Origin: Octopus vulgaris
Lineage: Eukaryota
Assembly: GCA_951406725.2 (NCBI GenBank)
Contig: OX597816.1
Coordinates: 71,424,001 to 71,488,000 of the forward strand
Reading direction: 5' to 3'
Length of the DNA stretch: 64,000 nt
Shown: one piece after another, positions 9,409 through 23,401 of the stretch
Position numbering within the stretch: position 1 is the stretch's first letter
Layout of the letters: the number at the start of each line of letters is the position of its first letter
Position numbers and translations under genes: made by a program
Notes under the pieces: generated by a model
Told to the model about the DNA's origin: nothing
The model's input: only the letters and a program-made list of their open reading frames with translations
The model's database searches: none

Positions 9409-12400
9409 TCAAAAAATACCTTAAGAATGAGAACCCAGATTTGAAATTTCCCCAAGAATCCTGATGAAGGCTGGAAGGTATATCAACCGAACAGTTGTGT
9501 TAACAACAATCAAGATGAGGACAAATATTTGTCAAATGTAAATAATGTAAATAAATTCATGGTTAATTCAAATAAATGTAGCATTACATTAATTTGATAG
9601 AGTAATCTATGTATTGAGGAGTTAATCAACTTCTAATAACAAATCCAGTGAAAAGAAAGCAACAGCACTTTCCATTCCATCAAAAGCTCAAACAGAACAA
9701 TAGCAGCAGCAACAGTGGAGGCACAATGGACCAATGGTTAGGGCAGCGAACTCGCGGTCGGACGATCGCGGTTTCGATTCCCAGACCGGGCGTTGCGTGT
9801 GTTTATTGAGCGAAAACACTCAAAACTCCAAGAGGCTCCGGCGGGGAGTGGTGGCGACCCCTGTTGTACTCTTTCACCCCAACTTTCTCTAACTCTTTCT
9901 TCCTGTTTCTTATCCCCGGTTTCCTACGCAACCGCTGAGCCTGGATGCGCATTCATCCATCCATCGATTCTCTTGGTGTCGGGGGTTGACCTGCTTTCTC
10001 TTCTGCGGGTCTTACGAATAGCAAAGGACCACGTTTTGAACTTTTCCCACTACAGAGGTGTGATCTTGCGAGCTCTGAGACGAACATCGCTTTGCTCAAC
10101 AGCAACAGCAGCAGTACAACAGATGTGAGAAATAAAATAAAGAGCACTTACCGAGCATTGCGGAGGTGTAACATATTTTTGACCAGGCACAACTCATCTC
10201 CTCCACTTTGATTTTGCAAGAAGCACTTCGACCGATTTACTTGGCAGATATCAAGGAAATTCGGCCGTAAACGCCCCGTCATTAATTTGATGACATCTGT
10301 GAATACCATCAGTGCCATGGCACCGAAGAGAAAGACGCCTAATGGAGAGAGAGAACATAGATTACAATTATTAGGGCAATACTCTAACAACAAAACTCAT
10401 GTAGTTAAGACATCTAAAAATCATTAACATCAACACCTGGTTGAGCCTGCTTTGATATTTTTCTTACAGTGTTATCCTTGGTAGTATAGTGGTAAGTATT
10501 CCCACCTGTCACACAGGAGACCGGGGTTCAATTCCCCGCCAGGGAGGCTTTTAGGTGCAGGAGTGGCTGTGTGGTAAGTAGCTTGCTTACCAACCACATG
10601 GTTCCGGGTTCATTCCCACTGTGTGGCACCTTGGGCAAGTGTCTTCTACTATAGCCTCAGGCCGACCAAAGCCTTGTGAGTGGATTTAGTAGGCGGAAAC
10701 TGAAAGAAGCCCATCGTATATATGTATATGTATATATATATGCGTGTGTGTGTGTTTGTCCCCCCCCCCCAACATCGCTTGACAACAAATGCTGGTGTGT
10801 TTACATCCCCGTAAATTAGCGGTTCGGCAAAAGAGATCGATAGAATAAGTACTAGGCTTACAAAGAATAAGTCCTGGGGTCGATTTGCTCAACTAAAGGT
10901 GGTGCTCTAGCATGGCCGCAGTCAAATGACTGAAACAAGTAAAAGAGTAGAGAGTAGTGTCTTTTGATTGCTAATTTCTTGTCTATAGTCTGTAGATGAT
11001 TGCAATGCTAGTCAACCTGTCAAGTTTCTTGGACTAAGATTTATAAAAGTGTAATTTGTTCCGCAAAATAGGAAGAAATCCCAAAACAGAAAATGCCTAC
11101 GAATACATAGTAATATATTGCATTGTTTTTTTTATTTCTTTTAAAAATTTTATATAACTGAACATCTACATCAGTTAAAGTCCATTTTTTATGCAGAGCT
11201 GCATCATGATCCAATGTCAGCTTTGGCATGGTTTCATCATCATCATCATCGTTTAACGTCTGCTTTCTATGCTAGCATGGGTTGGACGATTTTGACTGAG
11301 GGCTGGCGAACCAAATGGCTGCACCAGGCTCCAATCTTGATTTGGCAGAATTTCTACAGCTGGATGCCCTTCTTAATGCCAACCACTCTGAGAGTGTAGT
11401 GGGTGCTTTTTACGTGCCACCGACACGGGGGCCAGTCAAGCGGTACTGGCAACGACCTCACTCGAATCCTTTTATACATGCCACCAGCACAGGTGCCAGT
11501 AAGGCGACGTTGGTAACGATCATGCTCGAATGGTGCCCTTTTACGTGCCACTAGCATGGAAGCCAGTTGGCTGCTCTGGCAATGATCACGCTCGGATGGT
11601 GCTCTTGGCACCCTACTAGCACGGGCACAAGCGCCAGTAAGGCGACGCTGGTAACGATCATGCCCGAATGATGCCCTTTAAGTGCCACTGGCATGGAAGC
11701 TGGTTAGCCACTCTGTCCTTGATATCACATAATGGTTGTAAATAAATCTCACCATCATACCATCATAGAACTGATGCTGTTTGTTATCAGTCTTCCATGA
11801 AAAGTATGTCTGACTACAGAAAATATTGCCCTACTTGGAGACAGGTGATGGTTGTCAACAGGAAGGGCATCCAGCCATAGAATATCTGCCTCAACAAATT
11901 TCGTCCAACTCATGCAAGTTTGGAAAAGTGGATGTTACAACAATGTTGATGATGATAATGACAAGAATTAATGATTTAGTTATCTTTGTCACTGGGATAT
12001 TGTTTTAGCCTCTGAACTAACAGACATCTGTCCAATGGCATTCCAATCATGACCACTCCATATTTTTTTTTGTAAGCACAATGCATCTATAGGAATACAT
12101 TATTCAACTTGTTCTTCTTTTAAAAAAGTAGGGATGTTGTTTGAGAATGATTTGACTGCTATTTCTAGCAGTTGGAAAGACCACATAATGACTTCCTTGT
12201 GGGCTTTACTGAGAATTGCTGTTGCTTAGCCCTAAGTTAAACTCTATTGAGTATTCCATCAAAGGCATTCCAGCCATGGCCCTGCTATCTTTCATTCAAA
12301 CAAAGTCTATCTAGGATTATACTATCTAATGTACCAAATCCCATCATCATCATTCAACGTCCATTGTGCATACTGACATGGGTTGGATGGTTTGACCAGA

Positions 12401-14048
12401 GCTGGCAAGTCAGGAGGCTGCACCAAACTCCAGCCTGATCTGGCATGGTTTCTTTGGCTGGCTGCCTTTCTTAATACCAACCACTTTACAGAGTGTGCTG
12501 AATGGTTTTACATAGCATCACGTGGGTACTTATACATGGCACTACATAGGTGCTTTTATGTGGCACCACATGGGTATATAACTAATAAATCATGTTACCT
12601 ATATAGCCATCTACATATTACACTTGATGTATATATACTGTTGACAGGCAAGTTACTGTGGTTTTGGTCTGAGATAAAATCTGGTTATGGATGTGCTGTG
12701 TTTAAAAACACAATATATATTGGAGAGGGATGAAAAATCCTCCCATCAGCAGCTAACAAGAATACCAGATGTATTTCAGCCTCGTTAGGCCTTGTCAATA
12801 ATGTGTACTTGCAGTCAGCCACATGCCTAGGAGAGACTGATTGCCTCTGATTTGGGAAACAGTAAATAGCACATTTCCTGATGTTGCAAATAACTGCTGG
12901 GTTGAATAAATAATCTGGTGTACCTAATTGAGGTAGCGTTAAATAAACATACCCATCTGTGTATCATTTTTAACATATATACATTACAGACAGGCAAGTT
13001 GCTGTAGTTTTAATCTGAGATGAAATCTCTTATGGGTGTGCTGTTTTTAAGAACATAATAGATATTGGAAGGAAATGTAAAATCATTCTGGCAGAGTAGT
13101 GAGAATGCCAGATGCATTATGGGTGTTTGGGCCTTTGTCAATGATGTATACTCACAGCTAGCCATATGTTGGATGAGCTTTGTCATATCCAATATAGAAA
13201 AGTGTTTATATGACATCCACTGGTGTTGCTTCCATTAACATGAATATAATTAAGAATTTCAAAGAACTTAATACAATAACCGATTTTTTCCACCATTTAG
13301 ACAATGTTTAGAACATATCTGATAGAATATTTCTCACATAAAATTATGTTGGAAGGTTTTAATTTAAATACGAACACTTCAAAATGGAGTGAGGATGCTT
13401 TGCATTGTAGATTGAGTGGTAGTGTCTGGGAAGTTGTTATGAAAGGATTATGAAGATTTATGGTTTAGAGGTTAGGTTTTTCAGCTCATGATTATAAGGT
13501 CATAAGTTCAATTCTTGGCAGCATGTTGGGCCTCTTGAGCAAGACACTTTATTTCAGATTGCTCCAGTCCACTCACTGACAAAAATGAATTATACATGTA
13601 ATTCAGTGGAGCAGCCTTGTCACATTCTGTGTCATGTCGAATCACCTAGAGAATGATGTTAAGGGTACGCATGTCTGTGGAGTGCTCAGCCACTTGCATG
13701 TCAATTTCAAAAGCAGGCTGTTCCACTGATCAGATCAACTGAAACACTTGTCATCGTAACCGATGGGATGCCAGTTATGAAAGGATAAAGAGAGTTGGGT
13801 GTGGTTCAAGAGAGATTTTGCTGCCATTTTAAGGAGGTTAGATGATAACACAGAGATTTCCTTGTGGGTTTAACTACTAACGATAATGAGAGGAAGTGCC
13901 AAATTAATGATCTTCACTTAACAGCTGAAGAATAGAATGTATCCCGATGTAATCTGTGTGTGGATTAATTATAATTACTAAGACAATTAACACACACCCA
14001 TGTACATGGGTGACTCACTGATAATTATTAACAATTAGACCACACACA

Positions 14049-14096
<48 letters not shown>

Positions 14097-14243
14097 CTTT
14101 CCTGTTTTGGTCTTGAGCATCTGACACGCGTGTGAATACAAGGACACCAACATGTGTATGCATGTGAATACATACAGCGACACCCACACATGTATGCATG
14201 CCAGCAAATACACAAACGTACACAAGCGAACTTACACACAGTA

Positions 14244-14280
<37 letters not shown>

Positions 14281-14759
14281 TTCAGATTCTACAGCAAAAG
14301 AAGATAAAATCTCAATAGAATTATTAAAGTGTTCATATCAAATAATTGACATTGTAAGGGAAGGAAGGAGGGAGAGAGAGAGAGAGAGAATAGAGGAGGA
14401 AAGAGAAACAGAAGTGGATAGAGAAAGAAATTAGAGGGAGAGAGAAAGGAGAATAAGGAATGATGGAAAAAGAATGAAATAGAAAGATGAAAAAGAAAGG
14501 AAGGAGAGGGAGATGAGAGAAAGAGAAGTGAAAGAGAGGGAGATGAGAGAGGGGGCAAGAAAGATGAGAGAGAGAGAAGTAAGAGAGAAAGGTGAAACAT
14601 GAGAGAGAGAGAGGTGAGAAAGATGTGAGAAGGCTGTGAAAGAAAGAGGGATGAGAAAGAGAGACAAGAGAGAGAGAGAGAGAGAGAGAGTGATGACAGA
14701 AAGAGAGGTAAAAGAGAGAGGAGAGATGAATGAAAGAGAAAGATAAGAAAGAGAGAAGC

Positions 14760-14799
<40 letters not shown>

Positions 14800-15074
14800 G
14801 AGACAACAAACAAAAAGAAATAAAAGCAGAGAGAAATAGGAGAGATTCCCCCGCCAAAAAAGAAGACTGAGAGCAGGAAAGAAGGAAATAAAGAAAAGAA
14901 AAAAGAGGGAGAAATGAGAGGAAATAAGCTTACCTATGAATCGGAAAATTCTTCGAATAATCTGTGGAAGCCTGCAGGCAGCACAGAGAATAGTAATAGA
15001 ACGTTGAGGTTCAGAACTGAAGGCCCACATACCTATTTCACTTATTAATATCTGAAAATATAACAATACACAAA

Positions 15075-15135
<61 letters not shown>

Positions 15136-15808
15136 TAATACCAACAACAACAACAATAATAAAAAGATGGGCTGCAGCAAGTATGCTGCTCAATACCACA
15201 GATTTGCTTGTCAGTTGTTTGACCGTAACCAGTTGAGCATGTCCCTTAGTGGCTGATGATATGTGCATCTCTGATCACGAGTAGAAGTAGTGGAGGAGCA
15301 TCATAGCCATGTGTTGAAAGGAATTCTGTGGGGTTTGCATAATTTACTTTGGAAACATGGGTGCTTCGTTCAATATCCTTAAACAACCCTTATTCAGGGA
15401 CCCTTTGAGTGGGATGGATTACTCGACAAGAAGAAAATCCTAACTGGGCCCCACCTGCAAGGTCATGTGCTGTTTATCTTGATATGGGATCACCATATCA
15501 TGCACATATGGTTGTGATGCATGTCTCTGGTGTACCCTTATCAGACGGGTAATCAGGGTGGGTATATTGAGCTTTGTATATTTTACCCCAGTTTCTGTGT
15601 TGAAGCATATTCTGTTGTGTCCGTGGAGAGTCATTCTCTTTTGGTGCCTTATAGACTATTGAAAAGATTGCGAGACGCAACGAAAATTTTAGAAAAATAA
15701 AGAAATGAGTGGAAATTTCACCAGTGCGTGTGTTAAATTATAAGGCACCAAAAGAGAATGACTCTCCCCAGACACAACAGAATAATAATTATGATAATAA
15801 TAACAATG

Positions 15809-15852
<44 letters not shown>

Positions 15853-16408
15853 TATAATAATACTAATAATAATAATGGTTTCAAATTTTGGCGCAAGGCC
15901 AGCAGTTTTGGGGAGGATACAAGGATATAAGGTATTCAGCTGGTACTTATCTTATGGACCCCAAAGGGATAAATGGCAAAGTCAACTTTGGAGGAATTTG
16001 AACTCAGAACGTAAGGGCAGACAAAATATTGCTAAGCATTTTTCCCAGCATGCTAATGATTCTGCCACAATAATAATGACGATGATATTCCTTCCTACTT
16101 TGGCCACAGGCTGACCAAAGCTTTGGAGTGGATTTGGTCAATGGAAAGTGGAGGAAGTTGGTCATATTTATATGTATGTGTGTGTGTGTTTGTTTGCACT
16201 GTAGTAGCACTTGACAACTGCTGTTGGCTTGTTTATGTCCCTGTAACTAAGTGGTTTGGCAAACAGAGACTGAAAGAATAAGTACCAGACTGTGAAAAAA
16301 TAAATTACTGGAGTTGATTTGTTCTTGAAGGCAGTACCCATCCACAGCTGCCATCCAATGACTGAAACAAGTAAAAGATAAATGATATATATATATATCA
16401 TTTATCTT

Positions 16409-16443
<35 letters not shown>

Positions 16444-17173
16444 ATGTATATATCACCATCATCATCGTTTAACTTCTGCTTTCCATGCTAGCATGGGTTG
16501 GACGATTTGACTGGGGACTGGTGAGCCAGATGGCTGCATCAGGCTCCAATCTGGCAGAATTTCTACAGCTGGATGCCCTTCCTAATGCCAACCACTCCAA
16601 GAGTGTGGTGAGTGCTTTTACATGCCACCGGCATGAGGGCTAGTCAGGCGGTACTGGCAACGGCCATGCTTTTTACATGCCACCTGCACAGGAGCCAGTC
16701 CAGTGGCACTGGCAACAACCTCGCTCAACTGTTTTTTCATGTGCCAATGGCACAAATGCCAGTAAGGCGACACTAGTAATGATCATGCTCAAATGGTGCT
16801 TTTTACATACCACCGGCATGGAAGCCAGTTAGTCACTCTGGCAACGATCATGCTTGGATGGTGCTCTTAGCGCTCCACTAGCATGGATGCCAATCATCAA
16901 ATTTGATTTCAATTTCGATTTCACTTGCCTCAACAGGTCTTCGCAAGCAGAGTTTAGTGTCCAATGAAAGAAAGGTACATATAAGTAGGCTGGTTACATC
17001 CCTGGCATAGGCCACTATAAAGTGGTTGGCATTAGGAAGGGCATCCAACCATAGAAACCAATCCAACTCAGACTAGAATTTGGTGCAGCTCTCTGGCTTG
17101 CTAGCTTTGGTCAAATCATCCAACCCATGGCAGCATAGACAACAGACCTTAAAGGATAATGATGATAATGATG

Positions 17174-17225
<52 letters not shown>

Positions 17226-17239
17226 TTTATTTGTTTCAG

Positions 17240-17273
<34 letters not shown>

Positions 17274-17587
17274 AAATTAATTAATCAATTCATAATTAAA
17301 CCAAGTAGTTCGGTATGTTAAAAGAACCATTATCAGTAACCTTATACAAAAATTCTTTAATTATAATTAGGGTTCAGCAAAAATTACTTTACCACATACC
17401 GAAATTTAGAAATAGCAGTTAAATACTCTTCCACTACCATAAGATATCTCCCAGACTTTACCTGTGTGAGTTGAGAGTATTACTGTCTGGGAGATATCTT
17501 ATGGTAGTGGAATAGTATTTAACTGCTATTTCTAAATTTTGGCATGTGGTGAAGCAATTCTTGCTGAACCCTAATTATAATTATAGA

Positions 17588-17625
<38 letters not shown>

Positions 17626-17647
17626 TCACATACAAAAGCATACATAT

Positions 17648-17684
<37 letters not shown>

Positions 17685-20600
17685 CACAAATCTATATATT
17701 TATGTAAATCTATATACATGCATGTGTGTTTGTGTTTAACTAACTGTCTAATTGTTTCAATCTCTGATGTGTTCTTGCACAATTCTCCCAGTAGATATCA
17801 ACAAACAACAATCTCCAGTAGATTCATAGCAGATTTAAACTAGAAATACACACATATGTATATGCATAAGAATAAGTAATGTGTGTGTGTGTATGTGTAA
17901 AGTAGCGCACATGTGCCAGCTATATCTCAGACAATTAACACTTCAACACGAGGGCAGATTGAAGCAATATCAAGCAATATCCAACACTTAATTTAGTGCC
18001 TATCTCCAGATCTTCTGCTTAAGCTTTTGCAACAAGTCACATGGTAACAATTAAAATGCAGACACACAGACAGATACTTAATACCACCAGGTACACCTGT
18101 CTCTCATTCTCACATCATACTGTGTCCATCTCATCCTCTAAAACATAGAACAGCTACCCATTATACCCTTACTTATCCCATATCTATTCACAAGACTTTG
18201 GCTGGCTCTGGGCTATAGCAGAAAATAACTCACCCAAAGTGCTTAAGAGTGGGACCAAAGTCAAAACAAAAGAATTAGATCTTGTTTAGACATAAAGAAC
18301 ATTTTGGATAATGGAAGCAATGGGTTAGACCGAAATGTCCTTGGTCTGCAGGATCTGAACTGGGCCAGGTTTAAAGTGCAACAACAAAAAAATTCATTAG
18401 TCTGGAAGGACATTCTATGTTTGATAGGTGTTGATGTTGCACCTACTGTAGACTAAATTTTAAAATTAATTAAATGTCTAATTACTTTAGGTGAGATGTC
18501 AAAGAGAGAGAGGGGGGAGTAGGAGAGAGAGGGCAGGAAAGAGAAGGGGTAGGAGAGAGAGGGAATAGCATAGACAAAACTGGAACATCAGAAACAAAAA
18601 AAAAAGAAAGGTTAGAGAGAGAGAGAAAGAGAGGAAGAAAGGGGAAGCAAAGGGAAAGTGGAGACAAAGGGAAAGAATGAGAGAACGACAACTGAGGGAT
18701 GGAAGAGAGGGAGAGAGAGAGAGAGAATGGAGAGAGAGAGAGAGAGAATGGAGAGAAAAATAGACAGAGTGAAGTTGGGAAGAAAGAGTAGAGGAAAGAA
18801 GGCCTAGGAATGATAAAGAAAAAAAGGGATCAGAGAGAAGGTGACTGAAAGAGGGAAAAAAAGAGTGAAAATGAGAGAGAGAGAGAGAAGGAGAGGTGTT
18901 TATTGTGAGAAAAGATGGGAATAAGATGTTGGTGAACTGCAGAGTGAAAAACTTGGGAGCATCTTAGGGAGTTTGTTTGGAGTACCAAGTTAAACAAGGA
19001 GAAATATTGGTTTCCAATTTTGGCACAAGGCCAGTAATTCCAGGGAAGCGGTAAATCAATTACATTGATCCCATTTGTCATTTGGTACTTATTTTATTGA
19101 GCTTGAAAGGAATGAAAGGCAAAGCCAACCTTGACGGAATTTGAACTCAGAACGTAAAAACATGAAGTACTGCTCAGCATTTCACCCAGCATGCTAACGT
19201 CTCTGCCAGCTTGTCACTTCACAAAAATAAAGATAAATACCGAAAGAGAAAACTTCTTTTGCTGTAACAGTAAGGTATGAAATTAGGATCAAGTATTGTG
19301 TGCTACACCACTCTTTCAACTCTCGCTACAGACACTGAGAGTGAAAGTGTGTGTCCTGGTGGTTAGGGGTTTGCATTCGTGATTGTAAGATTACGATTTC
19401 AATTCCGAAACCAGGCAGTACATTGTACTCTTGCGCAAAACACTTCATTTCCTGCTGCCTCAGTCCACTCGGCTGTAAAAGAATTCCAACAAAAGCCAGG
19501 AAGTGAAACTGCATGATTGGTCACTGTTCCATTCAGTGGGGGAATGTTGTAATCTCAGCCACTTATGCACCATGAAAACCAGGTTTAACTTTGGACTTAT
19601 GAGCCCTAGGGATCATGAAAGGACCTACCAGATGCTAAGGTTTTTTTGGTGTGTTTATCAAGATTGTTTTTTTTTTTGTTTTTGTTTTTAGTGGCTAAGT
19701 CTGGAGAAAGGAGCAGTGCCCTTTGAAACTAGTGAGTCTGATGCTGCCAATGTTTTATTTAAACACTTGCAGGTCAATGCACGCAGGAAAGGGACATCAA
19801 GATTTGATGAGGCGTCGGGGGTGGGGGTGGGGCTGAAGGCTAATCCCCTACCCCTGTAAAAATCGAGTTGATTTCAGAAACTGCAACAGATCAAAACCTA
19901 TTCAACTCCGGTGAACCTTTGATCATGGATGGGAGACGAGAAGGAGAAGCTGGAATGAGACCAGAACAGTGGCAGAAAACAGCTGATTGGAGAGGTCATG
20001 TTGGAGTGCCTCATGGCACAGAGAGAACTAATGAACTAACTGACCAACATGCAAGAAAGACATAAGCAGGGAAGAGATTCCAGAAGGGGAAATAGGACCA
20101 GGCATAACGGTCGGTACAGTTCCATATTGAAGGGACAAGGAATTATGTACATTATTTACATTATTTACATTTGAAAGCTGGAGGGTATATCAGCCGAAAT
20201 GTTGTGTTAACAACAAACAAGATGAGGACAAATATCTGTCAAATGTAAATAATGTAAATAATGTATAATGGTTGGTGCATGGTAGAGTGGGTTGGCTGCA
20301 ATACAGATGACAAATTGTGAAGAGAAAAGTGGGTAGGGGGCAGAGGGTTGCCTGTGTGGCAGAGGTACAATACCAGCCAGCTCTGAGGATTGTTCCTTTT
20401 TTAATGGTTTAATATTAATAGGAAGGGAGAAGGCAGTGCACTGGCAAAACCATTGGCATGTCAGGCAAAATGCTTAGAAGCATTTTGTGTGTCTTTATAT
20501 ACTGAGTTCAAATTCCATTGAGGTTGACTTTGCCTTTCATCCTTTTGGGGGTCCATAAAAAAAGAACCAGTTTGAGCACTTGGGTTGATCTAATCGACTT

Positions 20601-21693
20601 AGCACCTCTCCCAAAGTTGCTGGCTTTGTGCCAAAATTTGAAACCGACATTAATAAGAAGAGCAGCAATGCACCCTAGACTGCCCTTCTTGACTAAAGGG
20701 TTCAGCTTGTACATTAGGGTCAAGTTCCTGAATAGTAAAAGAGGGGATCAGGAATATCTGACAAAACACCCTAATAAACACACACACATACAATTCAGTA
20801 GCTCCCTTCAATTTTGAGAGAAAGTATGTTCCCCCAACTGCCATGAGAGCCTGAAAATAATCTTGTTCCACCCTTGAAGAATTTATCTTAGAGGACTTGA
20901 TAGAATTCCTGATCAGTTTTAGGCCTTCGGTAATTCTTTGGAAATAAGGAGTTATTCTCAGACTTGAGGCCTGGCCTGAATGTTTACAACAGTATGGCCA
21001 CCAAAAGACCAGGTAGAGGTGTTTAATTGGATGACAGATCAAGCTACCCACACCCAAACAGGAAGGGTCCCTATAACTAGCACACACATACAAGTTTCCA
21101 TCTACTATATTTCATCACTCAGGTGGCGAGCTGGCAGAAACATTAGCACGCCGGGCAAAATGCTTTGCGGTATTTCATCTGCCGTAACGTTCTGAGTTCA
21201 AATTCTGCCAAGGTCGACTTTGCCTTTCATCCTTTCGGGGTCGATAAATAAAATACCAGTTTCGCCCTGGGGTCAATGTAATCGACCTAATCCCTTTGTC
21301 TGTCCTTGTTTGTCCCCTCTATGTTTAGCCCCTTGTGGGTAGTAAAGAAATATATATTTCATCACTCACAAGGCCTTGATCATCTTGTGGCTAAGGTAGA
21401 AAGCATTTGCCCAAGATGCTGTGAAGAGGGGTCAAACTTAAAACCACAAAGTCATAAACTGAAGTTCTTAACCACACAGCCACAACTGTAATCAGCATTG
21501 AACCTTGAAAGTCAAATTACAGGCTTATTACATTCCGTTGTCAGCCACACCTGTCTATCGCTTATACCGGATACTTCACACTTAACATGGATATTATAAT
21601 TCACTCGCTGTCTCCGAATGTATGTGTGTGTGTATCTAGTTATCTATCTGTCTATCTATCTATAAGATATGATATATCTCACACTCTCTCATG

Positions 21694-21724
<31 letters not shown>

Positions 21725-22077
21725 TTCCCTTTTCACCGTTCCACTCTCTCTCTCTCTTTTTCCAAAGCTATATTTTACTTTCTTTCTCTTTCATTCCCCT
21801 CTTTTTAAAGTCATCTTTCACTTCCTCTCTTCTCTTTCTGTCTCCATTCTCTCTCTCTCTCTCTCTCTCTCCTCTCCCTCTCTCTCTCAATACATCACAC
21901 ATTCTTGCCAATGTCTGTCCCCTGTTTCTCTTTCTCTAATTTTGTATCTTTCACTTCCTCTCCAATCTTTCTTCAATAATGTTGGTTTTTCCCTCTATCA
22001 ATCTTTCTTCCTTGCCTCTCTCCCTCTCTCACACTATATCATCTATCAATGCATATATACATACATACATACATACA

Positions 22078-22113
<36 letters not shown>

Positions 22114-22353
22114 TATATCCTTACTCTCTAATGCAATCACTTTTTCCTCTCTCTCTTTCTCTTTCCTCCCCCATCAATGCATGCAGTGAAGTTGAGGTTG
22201 CAGCAGTGTTGCCAGGGGTAATGCATCTGATCTGACCATTCTAAGCAAGCAAACAAGCCAGTAAGATGGAAGCTAATCAATAAACACTAACACACATGTA
22301 CACACATACACACACACGTGCAAATATACATATACACACACATATACACACAC

Positions 22354-22384
<31 letters not shown>

Positions 22385-23359
22385 TGCTAACATGCGTATA
22401 TGTTATACACACACACACTACACACATTTTATAAGCCTGCATGCTGCATCTTCATGACTAATGCATGTATATAAGCTGTATGTTGCCTATCTACTATAAG
22501 CCTCAAAACGGTTGCTTGCCCTACAAAAAATAGCAGCCAAATTCCCACTCAAGGAAGGCCATATTACATAACGTAAATTCCTGAACACTGCTGAAAAGCT
22601 GAGACAGACACATCAGGATTGTCCACTATCACCATCATCACCACCACCAACAACAACAACAACAGCTCAGTAATCTCAAGCAAATGAAGGGCCATATCAC
22701 AACCACCTGTATGCTAGAAGTAGCAGCCAAGTCTCTTTCAATTTCGATTTGCGCTCTGCTGTTTTAAAAAAGGAAGGACAAACTGGACATTGTAGTCCCT
22801 GGTGGGTGGGTGGGTGAGAGGGGTGAAACAAGCTGAAGGCCTGGAAAAATTACTGGATTGATAATATGATGGAGATGACGGGATTGACGATGTGACGGTT
22901 AAGGGGAGCAGTAAGAGATAGAGACGAATGGGGAAGAATTGTTGGAGGAACCACCCACAACCAAAGAATTGATAGTTGTAGATGGTGGTGATGATGATCT
23001 TAAGGAACACAATGCCAGAAAATTAACCTCCCTGTCAACCAAAAACAAACAAAATCAAAACAAGATGCTTGTAGCTTGCAAGGACTGATTAAGGGACTAA
23101 AGAATAATAACAACAACTGAACCATCACTACAGCAACAAGAACAATACTATCACTGCCATCACCACTATTATTATTGTCAGCACTATTATCAATGCCAAT
23201 ATCAACACCACCACCACCACCACCGCCAGCACCACTGCTACTACCAACAACTACAACTCCTACCACAATAATTACTGTTAAAACAACAACAACTACAACT
23301 TCTTCAACTACCACCACCACCACTTCTACCACCACCACCTCTATCACCACCATCACTGT

Positions 23360-23401
<42 letters not shown>

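Noticed and set aside
11400-11720. CRISPR-like repeat/spacer appearance of family C modules
   Set aside because: Spacers are homologous to one another, arrays sit inside a dispersed retroposon, the DNA is eukaryotic and no cas genes are present.
12770-12805. Further hammerhead-like motifs (also about 48648-48685 and 48795-48832)
   Set aside because: Stem II and GAAA are visible but the CUGANGA core is too degenerate to call; probably decayed relics.
14431-15180. 249-aa ORF as one coding unit
   Set aside because: Only 14934-15051 is exon; the rest is (AAT)n and GA-rich sequence that lacks stops by composition.
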